A stretch of DNA of 64,000 nucleotides from Bacillota bacterium (GCA_023418475.1 JAEZZO010000072.1:147630-211629); one strand, 5' to 3'. Positions 1-10,265 are shown, counted from the first letter of the stretch. The notes: generated from the sequence alone by a model not told the origin. Numbers and translations are program-made.

Positions 1-2346
1 TTTGACGTACTGGTTAAGGATCTAGAGCGTTGGAAAAAGAATAAATACCGTGTCATTCTGCTTTCCGGATCGAGAACCAGAGCGATGAGGCTAAGCGAAG
101 ACCTGCAGGAATATAATCTGAATGCTTTCTATAGTGAGGATATGGACCGTATGCTGCAAAGCGGTGAGATTATGGTGGCTTACGGTAATTTAAGAAGAGG
201 TTTTGAATATCCTCTGATCAAGCTGGTTGTAATATCTGAAAGTGATATATTCGGCTCCGAAAAAAAGAAGAAGCGGAAAAAATCTTCCTATGAAGGTAAT
301 AAGATACAGAGCTTTACAGAGCTCACACCAGGTGACTTTGTTGTGCATGAAAACCATGGTCTTGGAATCTATAAGGGCATAGAGAAAATAGAAGTAGATA
401 AGGTGACTAAGGATTATATCAAAATAGAGTACGGCGGCGGAGGCGTGTTATATATTCTTGCAACAGGCCTGGATGTGATTCAGAAATATTCAGGTTCTGA
501 GGGCAGAAAACCGAAGCTGAACAAGCTAAATTCAATTGAATGGAAGAATACCAAGGCTAAGGTTAGAGGAGCTGTCAAGGAGATTGCGAAGGATCTGGTG
601 GATCTATATGCGCAGAGACAGTCGAAGGCTGGCTACCAGTTCAGCTCCGATACTGTTTGGCAGAAGGAGTTTGAGGAAGCATTTCCTTATGAAGAAACCG
701 ATGATCAGCTGAATGCAATCGAAGCGACTAAAAACGATATGGAAAGTTCACGCATTATGGACCGCCTGATTTGCGGTGATGTTGGTTACGGTAAGACAGA
801 GATTGCGATCCGTGCGGCATTTAAGGCTGTATCAGACGGGAAGCAGGTGGTGGTTCTGGTGCCTACAACCATACTGGCGCAGCAGCATTACAATACTCTG
901 GTACAGCGTATGATGGATTTTCCGGTAAGCGTTGATGTAATGTCGCGTTTTCGAAGTCCCACGGAGCAGAAGAAGACACTCGAACGATTGAAAAAAGGCA
1001 GTCTTGATATTGTAGTCGGGACGCATAGAGTATTATCAAATGATGTGAAATTCAAGAACCTGGGCCTGCTGATTGTGGATGAAGAACAGAGATTTGGTGT
1101 GACTCATAAGGAAAAAATCAAACAGCTTAAAAAAGATGTGGATGTACTCACACTTACGGCTACTCCGATACCGAGAACTCTTCATATGAGTCTCGTCGGG
1201 ATCAGAGATATGAGTGTGCTGGATGAACCGCCGGTGGATCGTCTGCCGATACAGACCTATGTTCTGGAGCATAATGATGAGATTATTCGGGAAGCTATCA
1301 GCCGTGAGCTGGCTAGAGGCGGACAGGTCTATTATGTCTATAACCGGGTAAATGGTATTGATGATGTGGCGGACACGGTCGCCAAGCTGGTTCCGGAAGC
1401 GAACGTTGCTTTTGCACATGGACAAATGAATGAACACACCCTGGAGAAGATTATGTTTGAGTTTATTTCCGGGGAAATTGATGTATTGGTATCAACAACT
1501 ATTATTGAAACAGGACTGGATATATCAAATGTGAACACGATGATTATTGATGATGCAGACCGTCTGGGCTTGTCACAGCTCTATCAGCTAAGGGGGCGTG
1601 TCGGACGATCTAACCGTACAGCCTATGCATTCTTAATGTATCGAAGAGATAAGATGCTGAAGGAAATAGCCGAAAAGAGATTGCATGCAATAAAAGAATT
1701 TACGGAGCTTGGGTCAGGCTTCAAGATAGCCATGCGTGATCTTGAAATCCGTGGTGCAGGTAACTTACTGGGAGCGGAACAGAGCGGTCACATGGAAGCC
1801 GTCGGGTATGACCTTTATTGTAAGATGTTAAATGAGGCAGTCAGATCCGTTAAAGGGGAAGAGACGGAGGAGGAAACCTTCGAAACCACTGTGGATATGG
1901 ATTTGGATGCTTATATTCCGTCTACCTATATTAAAAATGAGGTTCAGAAACTGGATGTATATAAGCGGATAGCGGAGATCGAAAATGAAGAGGAAATGAT
2001 GGATATGCAGGAAGAGCTGGTGGACCGTTTCGGAGATCTGCCGTCTGCCGTTAATAATTTACTGAACATTGCATTACTGAAAGCAATTTGTCACCATGTA
2101 TTCATAGCAGGACTTACTCATAAGGAAAATGAGGTGAAGCTGGTGATGTATCCAAAAGCAAAACTGGCGGTAGAAAAGCTGCCGGAGATTCTGTCAAAGC
2201 ATAAAAATAATTTGAAATTAATACCGCAGGCGAATCCTTATTTCGTTTATAAAATCCCCTCGAATCCGAAGGGAAAGACGGATGCGCTTTTAGTCTTTGA
2301 ACATTTACGGAAGCTTTTGGCGGATTTCGAAATAATCAGACAGTAA
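1..2346 (+). CDS. mfd: Transcription-repair coupling factor (5' truncated by window edge)
   Basis: Frame 1 is open from base 1. CarD-like VVHENHGLG, helicase motifs GDVGYGKT, DEEQRFG, TATPIPRT, QLRGRVGR and the C-terminal TRCF domain are present. Confidence 0.98.
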   Translation, partial: FDVLVKDLERWKKNKYRVILLSGSRTRAMRLSEDLQEYNLNAFYSEDMDRMLQSGEIMVAYGNLRRGFEYPLIKLVVISESDIFGSEKKKKRKKSSYEGNKIQSFTELTPGDFVVHENHGLGIYKGIEKIEVDKVTKDYIKIEYGGGGVLYILATGLDVIQKYSGSEGRKPKLNKLNSIEWKNTKAKVRGAVKEIAKDLVDLYAQRQSKAGYQFSSDTVWQKEFEEAFPYEETDDQLNAIEATKNDMESSRIMDRLICGDVGYGKTEIAIRAAFKAVSDGKQVVVLVPTTILAQQHYNTLVQRMMDFPVSVDVMSRFRSPTEQKKTLERLKKGSLDIVVGTHRVLSNDVKFKNLGLLIVDEEQRFGVTHKEKIKQLKKDVDVLTLTATPIPRTLHMSLVGIRDMSVLDEPPVDRLPIQTYVLEHNDEIIREAISRELARGGQVYYVYNRVNGIDDVADTVAKLVPEANVAFAHGQMNEHTLEKIMFEFISGEIDVLVSTTIIETGLDISNVNTMIIDDADRLGLSQLYQLRGRVGRSNRTAYAFLMYRRDKMLKEIAEKRLHAIKEFTELGSGFKIAMRDLEIRGAGNLLGAEQSGHMEAVGYDLYCKMLNEAVRSVKGEETEEETFETTVDMDLDAYIPSTYIKNEVQKLDVYKRIAEIENEEEMMDMQEELVDRFGDLPSAVNNLLNIALLKAICHHVFIAGLTHKENEVKLVMYPKAKLAVEKLPEILSKHKNNLKLIPQANPYFVYKIPSNPKGKTDALLVFEHLRKLLADFEIIRQ

Positions 2347-2451
2347 GAAAGGATATCTGTAACACACACTATTAATCCCAATAGGATAGTGCCTGTATCA
2401 ATCTAGATTAACTGCTATGCGCAAGAAACCTGCGCAGGAATGGGGTATGAA

Positions 2452-3852
2452 ATGAATAAAAGAGTAAGCCTTGCGCTTGTTATATTAATGATGATAATAC
2501 TTTTGCCTGCCTGCCAAACAAAGGCGGAGCGCTATGAACTGACAAATTATATGGGAAAATCTATTTCTTCCTTTGAGAGAAAATCCGACACAAAATTACA
2601 AACACAAAGCAATGGAGTGTATGTTATGCAGAACGTAGTTCAGGTAATTGCACCAAAGAAGAAAGTAAATTCCATAACATTACTAAAAAATGCCGGAAAA
2701 TATACAATCTTCGGAGTCAGTATTGGTATGGGAAAATCAGCAGCAGATAAAGTGCTGAGCGAGACCTTTGGAAAAGAGGTTATGAAAACAACGGATGAAG
2801 CGAAGAATGCTATAAACTATTCCTATTTGAAGAAAGAAAAGCAGCTATATATTTCATATGATAAGGATAAGGAAACTGTAACGGAGCTTTCTTATTATAC
2901 CATATCTGCTTCTGAGGAAAAGGCGGCTGAGGAAAAAGAAGCTTCAAATTCAGGGCAGATGATGCTGTCGGTGGGAAAAACGAAGGTTTATTATAATGAA
3001 GCCATGGTTTATTTAAAGTCAGTACAGAATAATTACGAAAACGAATACGGAAATGGTATATGGGGGGTAAATCTTCTCAGTAATGGAGAAACCTTCGGAA
3101 AGATGATTAAGGATGAAGTAGTCGATCAGATTGTAGAATTAAAAATATTGAAAGCGGAAGCGGAAAAACAGAATATCACTCTGTCCGAGGAAGAAAAGGC
3201 AGATGCAGCATCTTTTGCCAGAGTTCATTTTAAGAAAATTACGGAGGAAGATAAAAAACGATATCTGATAACAGAAGAGCTTTTGCAGCAGGTCTATGAG
3301 GATAATCTTCTGGCAAACAAGATGTTTGAAAATCTGACTATTAATGTGGATACCAATGTGCCGGAGGAGAAGGCAAAGCAGATTACAGTGCAGGATATCT
3401 ATATTCAGAACTACAGTCTGAATTCAGAAGGCAAGCAGGTAGCATTGTCCGAAGAAGATAAAAAGGAGGCTTACGAAAAGGTAAAGACTCTTTATAAACA
3501 AGCGAAAAAGACAGAGGATTTTAAGACGCTGGCAGAATCAAATTCTGAAGCAAAGACGACGGAATACACCTTCGGCAAGAACCAGGCACCGGAAGAGTAT
3601 GGTGAAGTTTTTGAAAAAACGGCTTTTTCTTTAAAAACCGGTGAAATCAGCAGTATTATTACAACAGATAACGGTTGGCATATTTTGTATTGTGTATCTG
3701 ATTTTAACGAAGATGCAACTACTCAGGTGAAAGAACGTATTATTAATGATCGGCGTAACGATATGTTCAAGCAGCTGTATGAAAAATGGTCAGCTGATTA
3801 TGATGTGATAGTGAATAATGAGGCATGGAATACGATCTCTTTTGCTTCCTGA
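2452..3852 (+). CDS. PrsA/SurA-like peptidyl-prolyl isomerase lipoprotein with extra N-terminal domain
   Basis: Lipobox LLPAC; parvulin-like C-terminus (FEKTAFSLKTGEISSIITTDNGWHIL); position after mfd. ORF track starts at 2440; 2452 chosen from RBS spacing. Confidence 0.8.
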   Translation: MNKRVSLALVILMMIILLPACQTKAERYELTNYMGKSISSFERKSDTKLQTQSNGVYVMQNVVQVIAPKKKVNSITLLKNAGKYTIFGVSIGMGKSAADKVLSETFGKEVMKTTDEAKNAINYSYLKKEKQLYISYDKDKETVTELSYYTISASEEKAAEEKEASNSGQMMLSVGKTKVYYNEAMVYLKSVQNNYENEYGNGIWGVNLLSNGETFGKMIKDEVVDQIVELKILKAEAEKQNITLSEEEKADAASFARVHFKKITEEDKKRYLITEELLQQVYEDNLLANKMFENLTINVDTNVPEEKAKQITVQDIYIQNYSLNSEGKQVALSEEDKKEAYEKVKTLYKQAKKTEDFKTLAESNSEAKTTEYTFGKNQAPEEYGEVFEKTAFSLKTGEISSIITTDNGWHILYCVSDFNEDATTQVKERIINDRRNDMFKQLYEKWSADYDVIVNNEAWNTISFAS

Positions 3853-3866
3853 TAGGATCGATCTAT

Positions 3867-4394
3867 TTAAACAGTTGATTTAAAAATCTTTAACAGAAAC
3901 AGGGAAGTAATCGTGCCGTATAATATACCGCCAAGAATATCGCTGGGATAATGTACAAACAGATAAAGTCTTGAAAATGCAATCAGTGAGGCAACGAGGA
4001 AACCGGCTACGCCCATTTTATGATTAAAGTGGTAGAGCACGGTAGCACAGGCAAAGCCTATCATAGTATGTCCGGAGGGAAAGGAGCTGGATTGCGGTGC
4101 AGGAATTAAAAGCACAATTTCAGGAAATTTAGCACAGGGACGCAACCTGCCAATGATCGGTTTTAGAAGATCCTCGCCCAAAAACCGTGAGAGTGTAATG
4201 GTACATAGCATGATAAAACCGCATTTCTGATAACGTCTTATAAGTATTAAGACGAAAGCAGCTGCAATCCAAAAAAGTCCTGCATTTCCGAGTGCGGTAA
4301 GAAAAACCATAACCCGGTCCAGTGCAGGACTTTTTAGATGCTCCTGCAGATAGAATAGAATTGTTTCATCAATTTGCTGAATACAGTCCGGCAT
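3867..4394 (-). CDS. PAP2-family membrane phosphatase (undecaprenyl-PP phosphatase-like)
   Basis: Motifs KxxxxxxRP, SFPSGH and SRLYLFVHYPSD. Start uncertain (ORF track extends to 4523). Confidence 0.88.
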   Translation of the reverse strand: MPDCIQQIDETILFYLQEHLKSPALDRVMVFLTALGNAGLFWIAAAFVLILIRRYQKCGFIMLCTITLSRFLGEDLLKPIIGRLRPCAKFPEIVLLIPAPQSSSFPSGHTMIGFACATVLYHFNHKMGVAGFLVASLIAFSRLYLFVHYPSDILGGILYGTITSLFLLKIFKSTV

Positions 4395-4629
4395 AAACAA
4401 GCAGCTTCTTTTCTTTTTTACAAATATATTATGTTGATAAGAATATATGCAAATTTTTAGAAACGGTAGATTTTTACGGTAGTATGTTTTATAATACAAG
4501 AATGAAGTTTGAAAGATAATCATTTTCGAACTATTTATGAAAACCTAATCACTTTCTGAATAAGTTATCAAAAAGTGAAAGGCACGGGTATATGTTTGAT
4601 TTAAATTAAGGAATGGATCATAATGAACT

Positions 4630-5367
4630 ATGCGAAAAGTACTCAGAATAATACTGTTACTGCTACTATTAACAGGACCAGCCTTTCTATTTTCCACATT
4701 AGTGCATCAGAAAAAAATTATATTAAATCATCCTTCCACGCGGAAGTATCCGGTGAGAGGAATTGATGTTTCCAGGTATCAGGGTAAAATCAATTGGCAG
4801 AAAATAAGTAAACAGAAAATAACTTTTGCGTTTATTAAAGCAACGGAAGGAAGCAATCATATTGATGATAAATTCTCTTATAACTGGAAGAAAGCGCTAG
4901 ATACTGATTTAAAAATTGGTGCATATCATTTTTTTAGCTTTGACAGTCCGGGGAAGAGTCAGGCTAAAAATTTCATTTCAACAGTAAATAAGGTAGAAGG
5001 AATGATGCCTCCCGTTATTGATGTTGAATTTTATGGTAATAAAGCAAAGAATTTACCTGATCCCAAGGCAGTAAAGAGGGAGCTTCAGGTATTGCTTAAT
5101 GATCTGGAGGAGAACTATGGTAAAAAGCCAATTATCTATGCCACATTAAAATCCTATCATCTATATATCAAAGCGTATTTTTCTGACTATCCCATATGGA
5201 TCCGAAATGTCTATTACCCACCCAATATTGATTTGAAAAACAAATGGACGTTTTGGCAGTACACGGATCAGCAGATTCTGGAAGGATATGAGAGTGATCA
5301 GAAGTATATAGATATGAATGTTTTTAATGGTGATGAAAATGATTTTGAAAGCTTTTTTATGAAGTAA
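4630..5367 (+). CDS. GH25 lysozyme/muramidase, secreted or membrane-anchored
   Basis: GIDVSRYQG, FIKATEG, GAYHFF, DVE and WQYT motifs; N-terminal hydrophobic segment. Confidence 0.92.
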   Translation: MRKVLRIILLLLLLTGPAFLFSTLVHQKKIILNHPSTRKYPVRGIDVSRYQGKINWQKISKQKITFAFIKATEGSNHIDDKFSYNWKKALDTDLKIGAYHFFSFDSPGKSQAKNFISTVNKVEGMMPPVIDVEFYGNKAKNLPDPKAVKRELQVLLNDLEENYGKKPIIYATLKSYHLYIKAYFSDYPIWIRNVYYPPNIDLKNKWTFWQYTDQQILEGYESDQKYIDMNVFNGDENDFESFFMK

Positions 5368-5441
5368 GGATAGAAACAGAGAAAATCGATAACAGATAAG
5401 CAACCAACTCTAATAATATTTAATAAAGGAAGGATAATAAA

Positions 5442-5840
5442 ATGAATGCTTCACCCTTTGGCGGCATGGGTATTATGTTCAGTATTATACCGGTATTGGT
5501 AGTTCTGGGCTTCTTGTTGGTTTTTGGCATAATAATTGTAAGTATAGTACAAGGAGCACGACAGTGGAATAGGAACAATAATTCCCCTATTCTAACTGTT
5601 GATGCGATCGTTGTGACGAAGCGGTCCGATGTAAGCTATCATCACCATAATACAGGAACAGATAATATGCATCAAGCATCCTCTTCGACTTATTATTATG
5701 TAACTTTTGAGGTGCCAAGCGGTGATCGTATGGAACTTGAAGTACGTGATAAAGAGTATGGCCTGCTGGTAGAGCAGGATAGAGGAAAACTTACTTTTCA
5801 GGGAACTCGCTATCTGGGTTATGAACGGAATAGAGATTAG
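5442..5840 (+). CDS. DUF2500-family membrane protein
   Basis: N-terminal TM helix; NNNSPILTVDAIVVTKR and YYVTFE...GKLTFQGTRYLG pattern. Confidence 0.8.
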   Translation: MNASPFGGMGIMFSIIPVLVVLGFLLVFGIIIVSIVQGARQWNRNNNSPILTVDAIVVTKRSDVSYHHHNTGTDNMHQASSSTYYYVTFEVPSGDRMELEVRDKEYGLLVEQDRGKLTFQGTRYLGYERNRD

Positions 5841-5872
5841 GTGTTTGCGGAACTGGATTTAATTGAATATGT

Positions 5873-5904
5873 AAGAAGCCTGTCAATTTTGTTAGGCTTC
5901 TTTT
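5873..5904 (+). terminator. Intrinsic terminator
   Basis: AAGAAGCCT...AGGCTTCTTTT stem plus T tract after the DUF2500 gene. Confidence 0.75.
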
Positions 5905-5925
5905 GTTATTTATTTACAAAAGAAC

Positions 5926-5956
5926 TTGACATAGAGCAGACTCTAAGATTTATGAT
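5926..5956 (+). promoter_or_regulatory. MerR-type promoter with 19-bp spacer and operator dyad
   Basis: TTGACA (5926-5931), 19 bp, TATGAT (5951-5956); the spacer contains the dyad TAGAG-CAGA-CTCTA. Confidence 0.75.
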
Positions 5957-6013
5957 GAAAAGGATTTAAGATTTTATTAATAAGCACTTTAAAAAATAAG
6001 GGGGAAATATGAA

Positions 6014-7171
6014 ATGGAAAATTTTGAATTCTGTGTCAGTACCAAAATTCTTTTTGGAAAGGATCAGTTGCAAAACCTTCCAGGTGTACTGGAGACCTAC
6101 GGAAAGAAGGTCCTAATTACATACAGCGGTGGCAGTATAAAGAAAAATGGGCTTTACGAAAAGATCCTGTCATTACTGAAGGATTTTGATATATTTGAAC
6201 TCGGGGGAATTGAACCTAATCCAAGAATTGAAAGTGTCTATCAAGGCGAAAGAATTTGCAAAGAAAATGGGATTGATGTAATTCTGGCAGTTGGAGGGGG
6301 AAGTACCATCGATTGCTCGAAAGCAATTGCAGCTGCGGCATTCTATGAAGGTGACGCATGGGATTTTGTCCTGGATCCGTCTAGAATTAAGAAAGCCCTT
6401 CCGGTATGTACCGTATTAACAATCGCTGCAGCAGGCAGTGAGATGGATCCGGGCGGCGTGATTACAAATATAAAAACAAAAGAGAAGATAGGCTTTGGTA
6501 ATCCGGTTTTGTTTCCTAAGGTTTCTATTCTTGATCCGGTGCATACCTTTACCGTACCAGCGAAGCAGACGGCAGCTGGTTCTGCAGATATTATGTCTCA
6601 TATACTGGAGGTGTATTTTGGGAAAGAGGAGGTATATGTTCCCGATAGAATTAGTGAAGCACTTCTAAAAACGGTAATAAAATTTGCACCTGTCGCACGA
6701 AAGGAGCCTGATAATTACGAGGCAAGAGCACAGCTTATGTGGGCAAGCTCGTTGGCAATTAATGGCCTTTGTTCAACAGGAAAAAGGTGTGCCTGGAGCT
6801 GTCATCCGATCGAGCATGAACTCAGTGCTTATTATGACATTACACATGGTGTGGGACTTGCTATTCTTACACCCCGCTGGATGAGGTATGTATTAAACCA
6901 ATCCACAGTAAAGCAATTTGCGCAATATGCGGTTAATGTATGGGGTATGGATGCGTCCATGGATGAGTTTGAGCTGGCAAACAGAGGAATTGATGCCACA
7001 GAAGAATTCCTTAAGAGTCTTGGCATACCAATGCACCTGAGCGATTTTTCTATTGGAGAAGAACATTTTGAGGCTATGGGTGAACATGCGGTTATCTGCG
7101 GTTGGTTGAAATATGCATTCGTGCCGCTGGAAAAGGAAGATGTAGTAAAAATTTTGAAAATGTGTTTATAG
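6014..7171 (+). CDS. Iron-containing alcohol dehydrogenase (butanol dehydrogenase BdhA/YqhD-like)
   Basis: GGGSTID, DIMSHILE, HPIEHELSAYYDITHGVGL metal-ligand motifs. Confidence 0.93.
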   Translation: MENFEFCVSTKILFGKDQLQNLPGVLETYGKKVLITYSGGSIKKNGLYEKILSLLKDFDIFELGGIEPNPRIESVYQGERICKENGIDVILAVGGGSTIDCSKAIAAAAFYEGDAWDFVLDPSRIKKALPVCTVLTIAAAGSEMDPGGVITNIKTKEKIGFGNPVLFPKVSILDPVHTFTVPAKQTAAGSADIMSHILEVYFGKEEVYVPDRISEALLKTVIKFAPVARKEPDNYEARAQLMWASSLAINGLCSTGKRCAWSCHPIEHELSAYYDITHGVGLAILTPRWMRYVLNQSTVKQFAQYAVNVWGMDASMDEFELANRGIDATEEFLKSLGIPMHLSDFSIGEEHFEAMGEHAVICGWLKYAFVPLEKEDVVKILKMCL

Positions 7172-7269
7172 GATTCAATTATCAAAAGCCTGATCCAGCT
7201 TATGCAGATGAATATGGGTGCATATATATTCATCTGTATAGTATGATTCAGGCTTTTAATATTTGAATT
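7172..7269. repeat. Dispersed palindromic repeat family A, copy 1
   Basis: AAAAGCCTGATCCAG...CAGATGAATAT...ATATTCATCTG...TCAGGCTTTT; homologous to 27197-27376 and 34287-34373. Confidence 0.8.
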
Positions 7270-7324
7270 TTTATAGAAAATATCTAAAAAATTCTAAAAA
7301 AATTACTGGAAAAGGCGGCAGCTA

Positions 7325-7876
7325 GTGATGAAACTCAAATTTCTACCCAACCTAATTACCGGTATCAGATTGTTTGGATCCTTGCTATTTCTCTTCGTAA
7401 GACCATTTTCAGTCATATTTTTTTTAATCTATTTCATATGTGGTTTGAGTGATGCTCTGGACGGAATGATAGCAAGAAGGATGAGAGCATGCAGTCAATT
7501 TGGTGCGGCACTTGATAGTGTATCGGATGCATTGTTCATTGGAATTATATTGTTAGTGATCATTCCTTATGTTCACTGTTCACAGTGGATGCTGCTTTGG
7601 ATAGGTGTAATAGCATTGGTTCGGTGTATTTCGTTGGCAGCAGGTTTCCTAAAATATCATAAGCTGGCGTTCCTTCATACTTATGCAAATAAAGCTACAG
7701 GACTGATTCTGTTTTTTACCCCGCTTTTAATTAATCAATTAGGTATGACAGCAGCGTTCTGGTTGGCTTGCTGTCCGGCTTCTATCTCTGCAATTGAGGA
7801 ATTAGTGATTAATTTAACATCAAAGAAGCTGGACAGGGACATTAGCAGTATTTTTATGAAAAAAAATAGAGAGTAG
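7325..7876 (+). CDS. CDP-alcohol phosphatidyltransferase family protein
   Basis: PNLITGIR and the signature DALDGMIARR...GAALDSVSD. Confidence 0.9.
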   Translation: MMKLKFLPNLITGIRLFGSLLFLFVRPFSVIFFLIYFICGLSDALDGMIARRMRACSQFGAALDSVSDALFIGIILLVIIPYVHCSQWMLLWIGVIALVRCISLAAGFLKYHKLAFLHTYANKATGLILFFTPLLINQLGMTAAFWLACCPASISAIEELVINLTSKKLDRDISSIFMKKNRE

Positions 7877-8093
7877 ACAGTAGGTGTCAGTGATGCTATG
7901 TTATTATGGTGGCATGATTGTTAAGAACGATGCAATCAGCAAATGATAGAGAACTTAATAGAATAAAGATAGTTATATTAATTGCTGCTGGAGTTACATG
8001 AATATAGTGAATGCTATCTAGTATTCATGATATGTGATAAGAGGTGCATAAATATCAGTTCCATAAGGAAAGAGATACAGAAAAGGAGTTATC

Positions 8094-8660
8094 ATGTGCG
8101 GAAGGTATAATTTTACAGTGGAACAAAATGAAGAAGTACTTGAGATACTGGAGAAGTTGAATGCAAAGTTTCAGGGCAGGGAAGTAAAATATGGTGAAAT
8201 CTATCCTACAAATCTGGCACCTGTTTTATTAGAAGAAAGTAATCAGGTAACCCCCAGTTTAAGTATCTGGGGTTTTCCGAAGTTCGATGGTAAGGGAGTA
8301 ATCATAAATGCAAGGGCCGAGACTGCTTTTGAAAAAAAGACCTTTCGGGATAGCCTCATAAACCGTCGCTGCATTATTCCCTCAACAGGCTTTTATGAAT
8401 GGGACAGTGAAAAGAGAAAATTTTTGTTTCGCGTGGAAGGCACCAATACACTTTATATGGCGGGATTGTATACGAAGTATCAGGAAGAGCTTCGTTATGT
8501 CATATTAACCACGCAGGCAAATGAATCTATAAGTGATATCCATAACCGCATGCCACTTGTTATTCCGAAAAAAGAGGTTGAAACTTGGATTATGGACAGT
8601 AGTGCAACTGGCGACATGTTGAAGAGAATTCCCCCGTCGCTTGTGAAAGAGGCAGTATAA
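8094..8660 (+). CDS. SRAP (SOS response-associated peptidase / HMCES-YedK) abasic-site protein
   Basis: N-terminal MCGRY, INARAET, GFYEW and IHNRMP motifs; RBS AAAGGAG. Confidence 0.93.
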   Translation: MCGRYNFTVEQNEEVLEILEKLNAKFQGREVKYGEIYPTNLAPVLLEESNQVTPSLSIWGFPKFDGKGVIINARAETAFEKKTFRDSLINRRCIIPSTGFYEWDSEKRKFLFRVEGTNTLYMAGLYTKYQEELRYVILTTQANESISDIHNRMPLVIPKKEVETWIMDSSATGDMLKRIPPSLVKEAV

Positions 8661-8883
8661 TAATATGATTTGCCACTCGGAATTTGCATGGGCCGTGAAC
8701 AGTAACTATTTCATAGGAAAGGTAGTCCTATTAGCAAGAACCTTCTATAATTGACTCAAAACCATAATATGTATATAATGGGTAAAATAAATACAAAAAA
8801 GTTTCAAATACATGTTACCTATTAACGAAGCTGAGCAGGAGAAATTAGGGCAGGCTATCAGAAGGAAAGGGTTGCTGATTAAA

Positions 8884-9666
8884 ATGAATTTGATTATTAC
8901 AGCCGGTGGTACAAGAGAGAGAATTGATTCCGTGAGAACAATTACCAATGATGCGACCGGCAGATTAGGAAGTCTGATTGCGAAAGAATTTTCGCAAAGA
9001 CTTTTGAAAATTCCGCATAATATATATTATTTGTGCGGACAGAGTGCGGCAGTACCGGAGATCACAGATACAAGCATTCATAAAATAAGGATAGAGGGAA
9101 CAGATCAGCTGTTTCACGAAATGAAGTCTTTGTTAACCACTCAAAAAATTGATGCAGTAATTCACTCAATGGCAGTGAGTGATTATAAGGTAAGCAGCAT
9201 TACAACACTTGAAATACTGGTAAAAAAAATGCAGCAAGAGATGATAAAGGATATGAGACAGGCTTCTTGTGAGGTATGGATGGAAGCAGTGAAAAGAACA
9301 GTAATGGACCAACAGGTAGAGGGGCAGAAGATCAGCTCGGAGCTTGAGAATCCGCTTTTACTACTGGAAAAAACTCCTAAAATTATTGAGATGATCAAAG
9401 AAACCAGTCCTCAGACTTTATTAGTAGGATTTAAGCTTTTATGCGGGGTCAGCAAAGATATGCTGATAGGAACTGCATTAAAACTGCTTCAGAAAAATAA
9501 CTGTGACTTTGTATTAGCAAATGATACGGATGAAATGAAAGAAAATCAGCATATCGGGTATCTGATTGAACCCACGGGTGAATATAAAATCTATCAAAAT
9601 AAAATAGAGATAGCAGAAGGAATTGCTGATGCTATCATAAAAAAATATGCCGGAGGTCATTTATGA
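8884..9666 (+). CDS. coaB: Phosphopantothenate--cysteine ligase (monofunctional CoaB)
   Basis: ITAGGTRERIDSVR, HSMAVSDY, LVGFKL and VLAND motifs. ORF track starts at 8812; 8884 fits the family start. Confidence 0.88.
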   Translation: MNLIITAGGTRERIDSVRTITNDATGRLGSLIAKEFSQRLLKIPHNIYYLCGQSAAVPEITDTSIHKIRIEGTDQLFHEMKSLLTTQKIDAVIHSMAVSDYKVSSITTLEILVKKMQQEMIKDMRQASCEVWMEAVKRTVMDQQVEGQKISSELENPLLLLEKTPKIIEMIKETSPQTLLVGFKLLCGVSKDMLIGTALKLLQKNNCDFVLANDTDEMKENQHIGYLIEPTGEYKIYQNKIEIAEGIADAIIKKYAGGHL

Positions 9667-10202
9667 AAAATATAATTCTTGGCGTAACCGGAAGTATTGC
9701 GGCTTATAAGGCGGCAGAACTGGCCCACTTACTTTATAAAGATGGTTATGAAGTGGAAGTGATCCTGACGGAGAGTGCACAAAAGTTCATAACCCCTCTT
9801 ACCTTCCGTTCGCTGACAAAAAATAATGTCTACACAGAGATGTTTCGGGATGATTTTCCAAAAGAAATCAAACATATTTCACTCGCACAGAAGGCAGATC
9901 TTGTATTAATCGCTCCTGCTACAGCTAATATTATCGGCAAAATTGCAGCTGGGATTGGAGACGATATGCTCTCCACAACACTTCTGGCTGTAAAAAATAA
10001 GCCAATATTGATTGCTCCTGCAATGAATACAAATATGTGGGAAAATCAGATTGTTCAGAATAACATCGAAAAGCTTATGAAATACGGGTACCAGTTTATT
10101 GAGCCCAAGGAGAGTTTACTTGCTTGCGGAGTAGTCGGAAAGGGAGCACTGGCAGAGCTCTCAGATATAAGGAAAGCGGTAGCAGCTATATTGAAAGCAT
10201 AA
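9663..10202 (+). CDS. coaC: Phosphopantothenoylcysteine decarboxylase (monofunctional CoaC)
   Basis: GVTGSIAAYK, APATAN, PAMNTNMW and LACGVVGKG motifs; ATGA overlap with coaB. Confidence 0.92.
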   Translation: MKNIILGVTGSIAAYKAAELAHLLYKDGYEVEVILTESAQKFITPLTFRSLTKNNVYTEMFRDDFPKEIKHISLAQKADLVLIAPATANIIGKIAAGIGDDMLSTTLLAVKNKPILIAPAMNTNMWENQIVQNNIEKLMKYGYQFIEPKESLLACGVVGKGALAELSDIRKAVAAILKA

Positions 10203-10265
10203 ATAAGTCATCAGGCATCTTTATTCAAAAGAATCCCGGCATAAATAAAGAACAGTGAGGCATAT

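Noticed and set aside
4630..5367. Prophage endolysin
   Set aside because: The GH25 protein has an N-terminal signal or anchor and no holin or phage genes nearby, so it is likely a host autolysin.
7877..8093. LexA box or forespore promoter upstream of the SRAP gene
   Set aside because: No GAAC-N4-GTTC seen; the GCATA...GGAAAGAGATA match to sigmaF/G is too weak to call.
8665..8745. Riboswitch upstream of coaB
   Set aside because: Short stems are present, but I could not match any known aptamer consensus and there is no clear expression platform.
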